Assembly: GCF_028641065.1 (NCBI RefSeq)
Contig: NC_073391.1
Span: 43,028,001-43,092,000 of the forward strand
From: Leucoraja erinacea
Taxonomy: Eukaryota
Reading direction: 5' to 3'
DNA length: 64,000 bases
In this document: positions 12,036-23,914 of the stretch, piece by piece
Layout: each line of letters opens with the position of its first letter
Numbering within the stretch: the stretch's first letter is position 1
The notes under the pieces: model-generated
Seen by the model: the letters and a program-made list of their open reading frames with translations, nothing else
The model's database searches: none
Told to the model about the DNA's origin: nothing
Program-made: the position numbers and the translations under genes

Positions 12036-14655
12036 ATAGGGATGTACTGTACAAAAGGGACGGATTGCATCTTAACAGGTGGGGGACCAGCATTCTGGCA
12101 GGCAGGTTTGCCACTGCTACACGAGTGGTTTTAAACTGAATAAGGAAGGTGGGGTGTCAAATGGGATAGTTGAGGATGGAGTTAAAGGGATAGTTTCTTA
12201 AATGTGTGAGCGTAGAGACAGAGGGGTGTAAAATGAGGGGAGAAGGAATAGGTAGCAAGTTGAAAAGTAAAAGTGGCAGGCAGACTAATCCAGGGCAAAA
12301 ATCAAAAAGGGCCACTTTTCAACATAATTGTATAAGGGGTAAGAGTGTTGTAAAAACAAGCCTGAAGGCTTTGTGTCTCAATGCAAGGAGCATTCGTAAT
12401 AAGGTGGATGAGTTGAATGTGCAGATAGCTATTAATGACTATGATATAGCTGGGATCATGGAGACATGGCTCCAGGGTGACCATGGCTGGGAGTTGAACA
12501 TCCAGGGATATTCAATATTCAGGAGGGATAGACAGAAAGGAAAAGGGGGTGGGGTAGCGTTGCTGGTTAGAGAGCAGATTAACGCAATAGAAAGGAAAGA
12601 CATTAGCTTGGAGGATGTGGAATCGATACGGGTAGAGCTGCGAAACAATAAGGGGCAGAAAACGCTAGTGGGAGTTGTGTACAGGCCAGTAGTACTAACA
12701 GTAGTAGTGGAGTTGGGGATGGCATCAAACAGGAAATTAGAAATGCGTGCAACAAAGGTAAAACAGTTATAATGGATGACTTCAATCTACATATAGATTG
12801 GGTGAATCAAATTGGCAAGGGTGCTGACGAAGAGAATTTCTTGGATTGTATGCGGGATAGTTTTCTAAACCAACATATAGAGGAACCAACGAGAGAGCAG
12901 GCCACTCTCGATTGGGTATTGAGTAATGAGGAAGAGTTAGTTAGCAGTCTTGTTGTGCGTGGCCCCTTGGGCAAGAGTGACCATAATATGGTTGACTTCT
13001 TCGTTAGGATGGAGAGTGACATTGTTAGTTCACAGTGGTGTTAGGTAAATTGAATGGATTAAAGGCCGATAAATCCCTGGGGCCAGATAGGCTGCATCCC
13101 AGAATACTTAAGGAAGTAGCCCCAGAAATAGTGGATGCATTATTGATAATTTTTCAAAACTCTTTAGATTCTGGAGTAGTTCCTGCGGATTGGAGGGTAG
13201 CTAATGTAACCCCACTTTTTAAAAAGGGATGGAGAGAAAACGGGGTATTACAGACCAGTTAGTCTAACGTCGGTAGTGGGGAAACTGCTAGAATCAGTTA
13301 TTAAAGATGGGATAGTGGCACATTTGGAAAGTGGTGAAATCATTGGACAGTCAGCATGGATTTATGAAAGGTAAATCATGTCTGACGAATCTTATATAAT
13401 TTTTCGAGGATGTAACTAGTAGCGTGGATAAGAGAGAACCAGTGGATGTGGTGTATCTGGACTTTCATAAGGCTTTTGACAAGGTCCCACATAAGAGATT
13501 AGTATACAAACTTAAAGCACACGGTATTGGGGGTTCAGTATTGATGTGGATAGAGAACTGGCTGGCAGACAGGAAGCAAAGAGTAGGAGTAAACAAGTCC
13601 TTTTCACAATGGCAGGCAGTGACTAGTGGGGTACCACAAGGCTCAGTGCTGGGACCCCAGCTATTTACAATATCTATTAATGATTTGGACGAGGGAATTG
13701 AATGCAATAACTCCAAGTTTGCGGATGACACGAAGCTGGGGGGGGAGTGTTATCTGTATGGAGGATGCTAGGAGGCTGCAAGGTGACTTGGATAGGCTGG
13801 GTGAGTGGGCAAATGCATGGCAGATGCAGTATAATGTGGATAAATGTGAGGTTATCCACTTTGGTGGCAAAACAGGAAGTAGACTGTAATCTGAATGGTG
13901 GCCGATTAGGAAAGGGGGAGATGCAACGAGACCTGGATGTCATGGTACACCAGTCATTAAAAGTAGGCATGCAGGTGCAGCAGGCAGTGAAGAAGGCGAA
14001 TGGTATGTTAGCATTCCAAGCAAAAGATTTGAGTATAGGAGCAGGGAGGTTCTACTGCAGTTGTACAGGGCCTTGATGAGATCACACCTGGAGTATTGAG
14101 TACAGGTTTCGTCTCCTAACCTGAGGAAAGACATTCTTGCCATAGAGGTAGTACAGAGAAGGTTCACCAGACTGATTCCTGGGATGTCAGGACTTTCATA
14201 TGAAGAAAGACTGGATAGACTTGGTTTGTACTCGCTAGAATTTAGAAGATTGAGGGGGGATCTTATAGAAACTTACAAAATTCTTAAGGGGTTGGACAGG
14301 CTAGATGTAGGAAGATTGTTCTTGATGTTGGGGAAGTCCAGAACAAGGGGTCACAGTTTAATGATAAGGGGGAAATCTTTTAGGACCGAGATGAGAAAAA
14401 ACATTTTTCACACAGAGAGTGGTGAATCTCTGGAATTCTCTGCCACAGAAGGTAGTTGAGGCCAGTCCATTGGCTATATTTAAGAGGTAGTTAGATGTGG
14501 CCCTTGTGGCTAAAGGGATCAGGGGGTATGGAGAGAAGGCAGGTACAGAATACTGAGTTGGATGATCAGCCATGATCATATTGAATGGCGGTGCAGGCTC
14601 GAAGGACCGATTGGCCTACTCCTGCACCTATTTTCTATATTTCTATGTTTCTATA
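12036..14655 (+). mobile_element. CR1 LINE specific to intron A (end of ORF1, degenerate endonuclease and RT ORF2)
   Basis: LYKRDGLHLN; LCLNARSIRNKVDEL, ETWLQ; [30 protein letters not shown]; TTCTATGT tail; empty site in C at ~40735. Confidence 0.9.
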
Positions 14656-14911
14656 AACCGATGAGGTAGCTGGAAGGTCAGGACCTCTCTCTAGTTGGTG
14701 ATAGGATGGTTCAGTTGCCTGATAACAGCTTGGAAGGAACTGTCCCTGAATCTGGAGGTGTGTGTTTTCACACTTCTGTGCCTCTTGCCCATTGGGCGAG
14801 GGCAGGAGAGGGAGTGACCAGGGTGCGACTCATCCTTGATTATGCCTGACCCACTGAGCTACTCCAGCTTTTTGTGTGTTGTCCCATTGATCACCTTGTG
14901 CTCTCTTGCAG

Positions 14912-16256
14912 CGACACACTGAGGGAGTCCTTGTTGGTGAAGCTCGGCCAGCTTCAGTGCCACTTCACGTGGGGCCCACAGATGGACATCGTCGACCTGG
15001 ACGACGTGAAGCAGAGGTTGCAGGATTCGATTATCATCGGCGGGAAGCACCAAGGCGTGCCGCACAACCAGCTGGCTTACATCAACTACCTGCAGGGCAA
15101 CTACGAAGAAGCTCTCCGTGACTTAGAGGAGGCGGAGAGACGTCTGAGGGAGATCCACGGGGATGGATTTGAGAGGAGGAGCATCGTCACCCATGGCAAC
15201 CGGGCCTGGTTGCATTACCACATGGGGCAACTCAGCGAGGCCCAGTCCTACCTCGACAAGCTGGAGGTGATGTGTGGCCCCCTCACACAGGGCCCGCACG
15301 TCACGGCAATGGTGCCCGAGGTGTTGGGGGAGAAGGGGTGGTCTTTGCTGAGCTCCCGCTCTCGGTGCTACGAGGAGGCGAAGGAATGTTTCGCCAGGGC
15401 TCTGGAGGAAGATCCCGACAACACGGAGTGGAACATGGGCTACGCCACCGCTCTGTACCGTCTGGAATCGATTTCCGGAATCGCAGAAAACCCCGAAGTG
15501 AGTCAGTCGGTGAAACAGCTGAGACGGGTGCTGGAGCTCGATCCGGGTGAATCTGTGGCCAGGGTGATGCTGGCCCTCAGGCTCCAAGAGTTCCAGCAAA
15601 AGGCAGAAGCGAATGAATTGGTTGAAGAAGCGTTGCGGACAAGCCCAGATTCTCCATATGTGCTCCGCTATGCAGCAAAGTTTTACAGAACAGAGCGCAA
15701 TGTTGATAAAGCGATAGAGATGTTGAAGAAAGCCTTAGAATTCACTCCGCTCTCTTCCTTCTTGCACCATCAAATGGGTATCTGTTACAGGGAAAAGCTA
15801 ATGGCTCTGCGTAAAAATCAAGGCATTGGAGACCCAGGTGTGGAGGCTGAGTTGATCAGCCATTGCAAGCACCATTTTGGAACGGCATTTCAACTGAAGC
15901 CATCGTTTATTCTTGCACAGCTGGATTTTGCCGGGATCTGCTTAATGAATGGTGAATCAGACAGGGCGATGAAGATATACAACGACCTCCAGAGTTTAGA
16001 GGATGTCACTCCAGATAAAAAGCAGGCAATAGAGTTACAGCTTGGATTATATGAAATGTATCACACCAAGTCTGAATCAAACGCCATCCACCATTTTATG
16101 GAAGGCCTTAAAATCCAGCACGGCACGAAATATTGGAAAACTTGTTGCACCAAGTTGGAGCAGATTGCAAGAAGGTAAATTAACAGGAACCCGGACAACA
16201 GCAGAGCCTGGGGAATCCTGGAGTTTATTCACCGAGAAGCCGGGAAAAATTCTGAA
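14912..16256 (+). pseudogene. IFIT5-like: IFIT copy A exon 2, premature stop at 16176-16178 (423-aa product) and 3' deletion; probable pseudogene
   Basis: Acceptor ctctcttgcag|c at 14911/14912. IFIT motifs LQCHFTW, GEKGWSLL, YVLRYAAKFYR, FLHHQMG. TAA where the paralogs have CAA (gaaggTAAat vs gaaggCAAat). Homology jumps at ~16256 from ...tctgaa to 3'-flank sequence (tttccaaagcc), removing ~420 bp including the last ~30 codons. Confidence 0.8.
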
Positions 16257-16359
16257 ATTTCCAAAGCCTCCACATCCTTACAGCAATGGACACCCTGAAC
16301 TACATGTGATACTCCAAATTAACTCCAAATAACCAAAGTCCGATAAAGATGCATCATGA

Positions 16360-17240
16360 CTCCCTGACTGATACAAAAGTTAGTGGTTTTGCAGATAGTG
16401 AAGATGGTTGTGAAAGATTGCAGCAGGATCTGGATCGATTGGCCAGGTGGGCGGAGGAATGGTTGATGGAATTTAATAGAGAGAAGTGTGAGGTGTTGCA
16501 TTTTGGGATGTCGAACAAGGGCAGGACCTACACTGTAAATGTTAGGCCTCTGGGTAGTGTTGTAGAGCAGAGGGATCTCAGAGTACAGGTGCATGGTTCC
16601 TTGAAGGTCGAGTCACAGGTAGATAAGGTGGTCAAAAAGGCTTTTGGCACTTTGGCCTTCATCAGTCAGTGTATTGAGTAAAGTTGGGAGGTCATGTTGC
16701 AGTTATATAAGACGTTGGTGAGACCGCATTTAGAATATTGTGTTCAGGTCTGGGCACCAAGTTACAGGAAAGATATTGGTAAGCTTGAAAGGGTTCAGAA
16801 AAGATTCACGAGGATGTTGCCAGGACTAGAGGGTGTGAGCTATAGGGAGAGGTTGATTAGGCTGGGTCTCTACTCCATGGAGCGCAGGAGGATGAGAAGT
16901 GATCTTATAGAGGTATACAAAATCATGCAAGGAATAGATCGGGTAGATGCACAGAGTCTCTTCCCCAGAGTTGGGGAAATGAGGAGCAGAGGACACAAGA
17001 TTTAATAACAATCTGAGGGCTAACTTTTTCACACAAAGGGTGGTGGGTGTATGGAACAAGCTGCCAGAGGAGGTAATTGAGGCTGGCACTATCCCATCGT
17101 TTAAGAAGCAGTTAGACAGATACATGGATAGGACAGGTTTGGAGGGATATGGACCAAGGGCAGGCAAGTGGGACCAGTGTAGCTGGAACATTGTTAGCCG
17201 ATATTGAGTTGGGCCGAAGGACCTGTTCCCAAACTGTATG
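16360..17240 (+). mobile_element. CR1/HER1-like LINE 3' fragment in the 3' flank of A (also 37790-38610 in C and 52210-52860; absent from B and D)
   Basis: DTKVSG...LQQDLDRL...W.MEFN.EKCEVLHFG; [15 protein letters not shown]. Confidence 0.85.
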
Positions 17241-19199
17241 ACACACTCAATGCATGGACCTATGAAGGCAAACATAGTATACGGTGACAGACACAAATAG
17301 CTGGAGTAACTCAGTGGTTCAGGCTGTATTGCCGGAGAAAATGAATAGGTGACATTTCGGGTAAAGTCCCTTCTTCAGACCCGAAACGTCAACTATTCCT
17401 TCTCTCCAGAGATGCTGCCTGACCCGCTGAGTCACCCCAGCTTTTAGTATCTATCCTCGGTGTAAACCAGCATCTGCATTTTCCTTCCTCATCTTACCGT
17501 ACGCCTTCTTCACCACTCGATCTACTTGTGCGGCCACTTTCAGGGCGTTGTGGAGTCGGATGCCATGATTATTACAGAGTCTGACCAAGCTTGTGTGCGG
17601 TGCCTTAATGGAGACACTTGAATTGACATTTTGTTGATGATCTTCTGCAGGTTTGGTGCCCGTTTCTCTGACTGATCTACAGTGATCCCATCTCTCAACA
17701 TACCTTCACATTCAACCAGAGGTGGATCAGAGCTGCGTTGTGGAGGATGTGACGCCATTTCACGTGCGTCCGATGCGATGGTCAGAATAGAGGCACCAGC
17801 AGTGACTTCCCAGCCCGTTACTCAATGGTCACAAATTCACCTGGACGTTAATTGTTTGTCCACTAAATTCTGGAGTTAAAAGTTTAGGATTAAGTTTATT
17901 GTTGCCACGTGTACTAAGATACACTAAAAAGCTTTGTTTTGCTTCCTATCCAAACGGATCAGAGAATACTGTACATATGTACAGCCGTTAAACTCAAGTA
18001 CAATAGATAGAGCAAAGGGGAGATTAGTTCAGTTTAGTTCATGGTCACGTGTACTGTTAAAGGTTTAGGATTAAGGTTTATGTTCATTATTGTCACGTAT
18101 ACCGGGGGACAATGCAGAGCTTTGTGTTGCATGCTATCGAAATATATCAGAGGCTTAAGGTGAGGTGGGGGGGGGGAGTTAATGAGAACCTGAGGGGTGC
18201 AAAACTATAAAAGAGGGAGTTAGAACTGATTTTTGTGTGAGAAGCACCATCGATGATGTGCAATCTGATTTAGTTTCTAGGATATAATGCTGACAATTAA
18301 GCGTTTCAACATTTGCAATTTTTGTTTGTGGCTTTGTGAACATTGGGGCACGTTTCATGATCAATATTGTTTAACATTCTGTAATATCAGAGTTTATGCA
18401 TTAAAGTAATGAATAAATCACTTGTAAAATGCGACAATTCTAGTGCATCATTACGCGTCAACGGTGCAGTCTAAGTGGTTTTCTTGGTCCACACTAAGGT
18501 GAACAGGATCAGCTCCAGGGGATTCAAGGGGCGGCACGGTGGCGGAGCGGTAGCGTTGCTGCCTTACAGCGCCCGGGACCTGGGTTCGATCCTGACTACG
18601 GGTGCTGTCTGTACAGAGTTTGCACGTTCTCCCTGTGACCGCGTGGGTTTTAACCGGGTGCTCCGGTTTCCTCCCACGCTCCAAAGACGTAAAGGGTTGT
18701 AGGTTATTTGGCTTTGGTAAGTTGTAAAATATTCCCTAGTGTGCAGGGATCGCTGATCGCTGAAGGGCCTGTTTCCGCATCGTATCTCTCAATCTAAAAT
18801 CTAAAACTTGCACAACAGCCTTGCGCTGCTGTTAATAAAGTTTCACCTTCTTCAATGGTTCAACGGTTCTTTATTGTCACGTCTTTGGCATGTGGGAGGA
18901 AACCGGAGCACCACGAGAAAACTCATGCGGTCGCTGGGAGAACGTGCAAACTCCGCACAGCCAGCCCCCGTAGTCAGGATCGAACCCGGGTGTCTGGTGC
19001 TGTGAGGCAGCAGCTCTACCCGCTGCACCACCGTGCCGCCCGAGAGAGGAATCTGCACCCTAAGTATTTCCCTTTTCCACCTCCTCATCTACTCCCGCCT
19101 TCGAAACGCTCCTTCGTTTAGCAGTATTGCAAAATTGAGGGAGTGCAGCGTAGGTTCACCAGGTTAATTCCAGGATGGCGGGATGGACATCTGATGAAA

Positions 19200-20062
19200 C
19201 TATGCACCATCCACACAAGCAAAGCGGTTGGGCTAAGCCAAAGAAAAGCCAAGGCCAGCACAATCAGGAAGCGAAAGCCTGCAAGTATTGTGGCAAGGAG
19301 CGTGCAATGGACAAACAGCAATGTCCAGCCTACAGACAGACCCTGTAGGGCATGTGGCAGTCGCAACCACTTTGCCAAAGTGAGCAGAAAGAGGAAAGTG
19401 CACAAAGTGGACGGCCAGGCACGAGCATTGAGTACATTGATAGTATCACGCTCACAATTAGCACAGTGCGGCCTAGAGATGATGTCCACGCACCGATGCT
19501 CGTCAATTGGAAGCTGGTCGACATCACAGTGGACAGCGGAGCGAGCGTGAACATCTTGCCACGGTGATATTTACACGGCGTAGACCACACACTAGCCCCA
19601 TGTCAAAACAAGCTCATGATGTGGAATAAGACTACGATGGACGCAGAAGGAGTTTGCCGGGTTAAGCTGCTCAACCCCAAGACAAACCGCAAATATTCTG
19701 TGGTGTTCATTGTGGCCAGGTCACACCACTGCTAGGAAACAAAGCTAGTCGGCGAATTAATTTGATCACTGTAAATGACGACAGCTTTCACCGTGTACAC
19801 ACGTCGACTGTCATAAAGGAGAAAGCGTGTAAGGCTGAAGAACGCTATGCAGAGGTGATGGACGGTAAACTAGGAGAGTTGCCTGGTGAAGCACACCTGC
19901 AGATTGACGAGGAAGTGCAACCCACAGTCTCACCGTCACGACGTTTACCTCATGCGATAAAGCAGAAGGTGAAGACGGAGCTAGAACGCATGGTGGAGCG
20001 TCACGTGATCGCACCAGTTCACGAGCCGATGAGTTGGGTCAGCCAGCTCATGGTCGCGGAGA
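19200..20062 (+). mobile_element. Ty3/Gypsy LTR retrotransposon internal fragment (gag zinc knuckle, aspartic protease, start of RT), degenerate
   Basis: CRACGSRNHFAK; VDSGASVNILP; GEAHLQIDEEVQPTVSPSRRLPHAIKQKVKTELERMVERHVIAPVHEPMSWVSQLMV across frameshifts. Confidence 0.8.
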
Positions 20063-20808
20063 TAATAAATTTAATAAAAGAAGGTGAAAGCCTGTCTTAG
20101 TTTCAGTGGGATCCATTTTGTAAGTTTAAATCTTTTTAACTTCCCCAACGTTAACAACAAAAGAAAACCAAAGTCAGCACCAGCGACAACCTACGTCACC
20201 TGGTGACAACCTACGTTAACCTGGTGACAACCCATGACAGCCCCTACGTCAGGAGAAGTCAAGCAACGCTCATTGGTGTCAAACCCACCATCGCCGACTG
20301 TCGCCGAAAAATGCTCAACATGTTGAAAATCCAGCGGCAACCAGAAAGACGCTACGACTCTTTGGGCGACTGAGGAGACGACTCACGACCACACAGGCAA
20401 CACCTCGGCGACCATGTGGCGACAGCCTAATTGCCGACAGTCTCCTAAAAAATGGCCTAAGTGGGACAGCCCCATAAAACAGCAAATATTTCAAATTGTT
20501 CAAGACTTTCATTCTTTAAGGCACATCATAAAGCTGTCATTGTGATTTGATGGTCTGTATGAGGTTACATGTGTGTTAGCCAAGTTTACGAAAGTTAGAT
20601 AATGAAATGGAAAGGAATTTTTACTTGAAAAAAAAAAGCGAGCATATTCTACATCTGTACATTTTTCTCTTTTGGAAAAAGGGGGAATATTATGGTATAG
20701 CATATGCATGTAATGTATGCTACGAGAGATTGCACGAGTTAATAAAGTCCACTCATGTGTGTGGGGTTTCACTCCAGAAATATGTCACCATAGAGTTAAG
20801 ACTAGATT

Positions 20809-20876
20809 GTTTCAGTTTCATTTCCACTTTCAGGGTGTGAACTATGTGGACTCAGCCCACCCAGTGGACTATAAAA
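20809..20876 (+). promoter_or_regulatory. IFIT copy B promoter: tandem ISRE/IRF-E (20809-20831) and TATA box (20870-20876)
   Basis: GTTTCAGTTTCATTTCCACTTTC (reverse complement GAAAGTGGAAATGAAACTGAAAC) matches the GAAANNGAAA ISRE consensus. TATAAAA lies ~40 nt downstream. Confidence 0.85.
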
Positions 20877-20899
20877 ACACCGCACACTGTCACTGGTCC

Positions 20900-20944
20900 A
20901 GCCAGTTCTTGGAAGGACGACGGAATCCTGAACAGCAGCATGAG
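20900..20944 (+). CDS. IFIT5-like: IFIT copy B exon 1 (coding nt 20940-20944, ATG-AG; 5' edge approximate)
   Basis: gcagcATGAG|gtaagg, donor GT at 20945; phase-2 join to exon 2 at 25907. Confidence 0.85.
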
Positions 20945-20999
20945 GTAAGGGACATCTTCACTCTGCACAGAGATATCGGAGATCAGGACCTTCTCAGGA

Positions 21000-21615
21000 G
21001 GAGGGCGGGGGGATTAGGGGGGGAGGAGAGGGGGGGGAGGGAGGGGGGGGGGGGGAGGAGAGGGGAGGGGGGAGGGGGGAGGGGGGGGAGAGGGGGGGGG
21101 GAGGGGGGGGGGGAGGAGAGGGGGGAGTGGGGAGGAGAGGGTGGGGGCAGAGGAGATGGGGGGAGAGGGAGGGGGTAGGGGTTTTGTGGAGGGGGGAGGG
21201 GGGTTTAGGGGAGGGACGGTGGGGGAGGGGGAGGAGGGGGGAGGAGGAGGGAGGGGGAGAGAGGCGGAGGGAGGAGGGGGGGGGGGAGGAGGGGGGGGAG
21301 AGAGGAGGAGGGGGGGGGGGAGGAGAGGGAGGGGGGGGGGAGGGGGGAGGGGGAGAGGGGGGGGGAGGGAGGGAGAGAGGGGAGGGAAGGAAAGGAGAGG
21401 GGGGGAGGAGGGGGGAGGGGAGCGGGAGGGGCGAGGGGAGGGGGGGGAGGGAGGGGGAGGAGGGGGGGGGAGAGGAGAGGGGGGCAGAGGAGAGGGGGGA
21501 GAGGGGGGGGGGGGGGGGGGGGGGGGGGGGAGGGGGGGGAGGGGAGGGGGGGGGGGGGGGTGGGGGGGGGGGGGGGGGGGGGAGGGGAGGGGGGGGGAGG
21601 GAGGGGGGGGGGGAG
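21000..21615 (+). repeat. G-rich polypurine low-complexity tract (interior of a Helitron remnant in intron B)
   Basis: Almost purely G/A; adjacent sequence 21615-21702 is the reverse complement of 61865-61952. Confidence 0.9.
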
Positions 21616-21702
21616 AGCGTGCCTTTTTACTTCAACCCAAACAACCATTTGCAGGCAGTGCTTTTTTTATCTCTAACCATATTTTCATTTTCAAACCAAA
21701 TT

Positions 21703-22672
21703 CAATCAATCAAGCACTTTATTCATCCCCGAGGGGCAATTTAAAAGGGCGCATTACAGTAGCTTTTAAAAAAAAAAAAAAGAGACACAATCAACGAAGA
21801 GACAAACATTCAAAGCTACTCTCTGCACCTACCGGTCGACCGCACGAGCAGTGACCCGGCAAGGATTGGGTTGTCAGCAGCGATACAATAATAAAGAACA
21901 CACAAAATGTAACACAAACATCCACCACAGCATTCAACACTGTGGTGGAAGGCACAAAAATTTGGCCAGGCCTCCTCCATTTCCCCCCCGTGGACAGGAC
22001 CAGAGTCCAGAGTCAGTCCAGGATCGGCTCTTCCTCACCGGAGACCGCGGCTTTAGATTGTTGTAGGCCGCAGGCCGGCGGTCAAGATTTAAAGTCCCCG
22101 CCGCAGCCAGAAGCACCGTAGACTGCAGGGCCGGCGGTCGAAGCTCCCCTCCAGGGGTGATGGTAAGCCCATGCCGGCCCCGCGGTAGAAGATGGCCGCC
22201 GGCCGGCAGTGATGGCTTCTTCCTCCCCCGGGACCCCACGAGGGATCCCGGGCTGTAGACGCCGTGCCAGCTGGAGCTGTGCAGACCGCGGCTTCAGGCT
22301 GCCGGCTGCCCCGGGCCAGCGAAACGGAGCGCTCCCCTCCAGCGAGCCCCAGCGAGGGCTCACCTGCTCCACACCGAGAGGGCTCACCAGTCCACGCTGC
22401 GCCCGCCGCTGAAGCCCCGGGCACGTCTCCGGGAAAGGCCATGCCGATCCTTGATGTTAGGCCACGGGGGAGGCAACCTGGAAAAAGTCGCCTCTCCATG
22501 GAGGAGGCGACCGAAGCGGTTTCCCCCACACCACCCACACCACCCCCCACACAAGACACACAAAAAAAACATTAAATACACACTTTAAAACATACTAAAA
22601 AATAAAAAAAAGTTGAAAAAACTGACGCACTGCTGACATTGCTGCTGCCAGAACAGCGCCCCCCCGAGCACC
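21703..22672 (-). mobile_element. Putative non-autonomous retroelement with a Rex1-like 3' end, specific to intron B
   Basis: Absent from D (empty site caaaccaaattaagggtact). Minus strand ends aattgcccctcggggatgaataaagtgc(ttga)n. GC-rich body with no RT motifs. Confidence 0.55.
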
Positions 22673-23106
22673 TTAAGGGTACTCACAGTGCTGTAGACAT
22701 TTGTCAGTGTCATTAAGCCCATCGCACACTGTTTAAATGGCAATGTAACTGCAGTCTAATTATTCCATTTGACATTCATGGAACCGAAATCTGCAGGTGT
22801 TGGAAATTCAAAATAAAGCAGAAATTGTTTTACAGATGAGTAAAAACCATGAGGGGAATATATAAGGTGGGAAATGTGATTCCAGAACTATTGGGCATCA
22901 GTTTAAAGCAGGGGTGTCAAACTACCGGCCACGTGAAGGGGTTTAGACGCTAAACTAAACTACACGTTCCCGTGCAGGTGGTCTGACCTGCTGAGTTACT
23001 CCAGCATTTTGTATCTACCTGCCATTCAGATGATAATCTGCCTCTTGTTCTTGCCACTAAAGTGGATAACCTCACATTTATCCACATTATACTGCATCTA
23101 CCATGC

Positions 23107-23914
23107 CTCAAAACTAAGGAGATGGTGGTTGACTTCAGGAGGGCGGGGAAACAACACCATACACCTCTGCACATCGACGGAGCTGATGTGGAAAGGGTCA
23201 GCAGCATGAAGTTCTTAGGACTACATCTGTCTGATGACCTGACGTCCACGGCCAACACCACAGCTCTGGTCAAGAGAGCCCAGCAGCGACTTCACCCTCT
23301 CCGAAGACTACGTAAAGCAGGCCTCCCCACCACACACCTACGGACTTTTTATAGGGGGACTGTCGAGAGCACACTGACATACGGCATCACTTCCTGGTTC
23401 GGGAGCTGCAAGGCGTACGAACGGCACCAACTGGACAGGATAGTGAAGACCGCAAGCAGGATTATTGGTGCTCCACTCCCCTTCCTGCTGGACATATACA
23501 GGAAGAGATGTATCAACAGAGCCATCTCCATCATCAAAGACCCTTACCACCCATCGCATGACATTTTCTCCATCCTCCCATCTGGGAAGAGGTACAGGAG
23601 CATTAGCTGCAAAACCAGCAGGATGCTCCTCAGCTTCTTCCCACAGGCTATAAGACTGTTAAATGGACTTTGCCCCCTGCCAAGTATCGCGCACAAACCC
23701 CCACACTGCAGCAGAGCCACTGTTGTGCCGCTGCCGGTCGGAACGGCTGTTGAATGTTTAGTAGAGTGTTAAATTTGTTCATGACATGTATTTTTTATTT
23801 TCATTTCTATTTATGTTTTCATGCACACTGAATGGACACTGGTTGAGCAACGTTTTTTTGTTTCCTCTGGGTATGCGAATACTCAGGAAATGACAATAAA
23901 GATATACAATACAA
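23107..23914 (+). mobile_element. Rex1/Babar-type LINE 3' fragment specific to intron B, inserted into a CR1 fragment
   Basis: KTKEMVVDFRR...KFLGLHLSDDL...AQQRLHPLRRL...LPSGKRYRSI...SFFPQAIRLLN; AATAAA plus (TACAA)n tail; empty site in D at ~60610. Confidence 0.88.

Larger units (their letters stand above)
8543..18880. repeat. Segmental duplication arm containing gene A; inverted, more rearranged copy at ~35930-50685 (gene C)
   Basis: Shared intron anchors (9045-9130 vs 50090-50180; 9810-9870 vs 45460-45520; 10700-11220 vs 40840-41345; 11934-12030 vs 40740-40840; 14657-14910 vs 40480-40735) and 3' flank (16260-18880 vs 35930-38710). Confidence 0.85.

Noticed and set aside
15123-15599. 158-aa antisense ORF over IFIT exon 2 (also 39792-40268)
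   Set aside because: Shadow ORF of a GC-rich coding strand; not intact in B and D.
16170-16181. The nonsense change in A also creates a donor-like AG|GTAAAT that might rescue the gene by splicing
   Set aside because: No compatible downstream exon is visible, so it is unsupported without RNA data.
18532-18600. tRNA-like sequences with A and B boxes (many copies)
   Set aside because: They are SINE heads continuing into V-domain and LINE-derived tails, not tRNA genes.
20763-20772. GGGGTTTCAC, NF-kB-like site upstream of the B ISRE
   Set aside because: Imperfect match and not shared by the other promoters.
20717-21854. Gly/Glu/Arg-rich and Pro-rich ORFs (also 61930-63120)
   Set aside because: Translation artefacts of G/C low-complexity tracts within introns.
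23062-23772. 236-aa ORF that could be taken for a host gene
   Set aside because: It is the C-terminus of a Rex1/Babar LINE, and the empty insertion site is visible in arm D.
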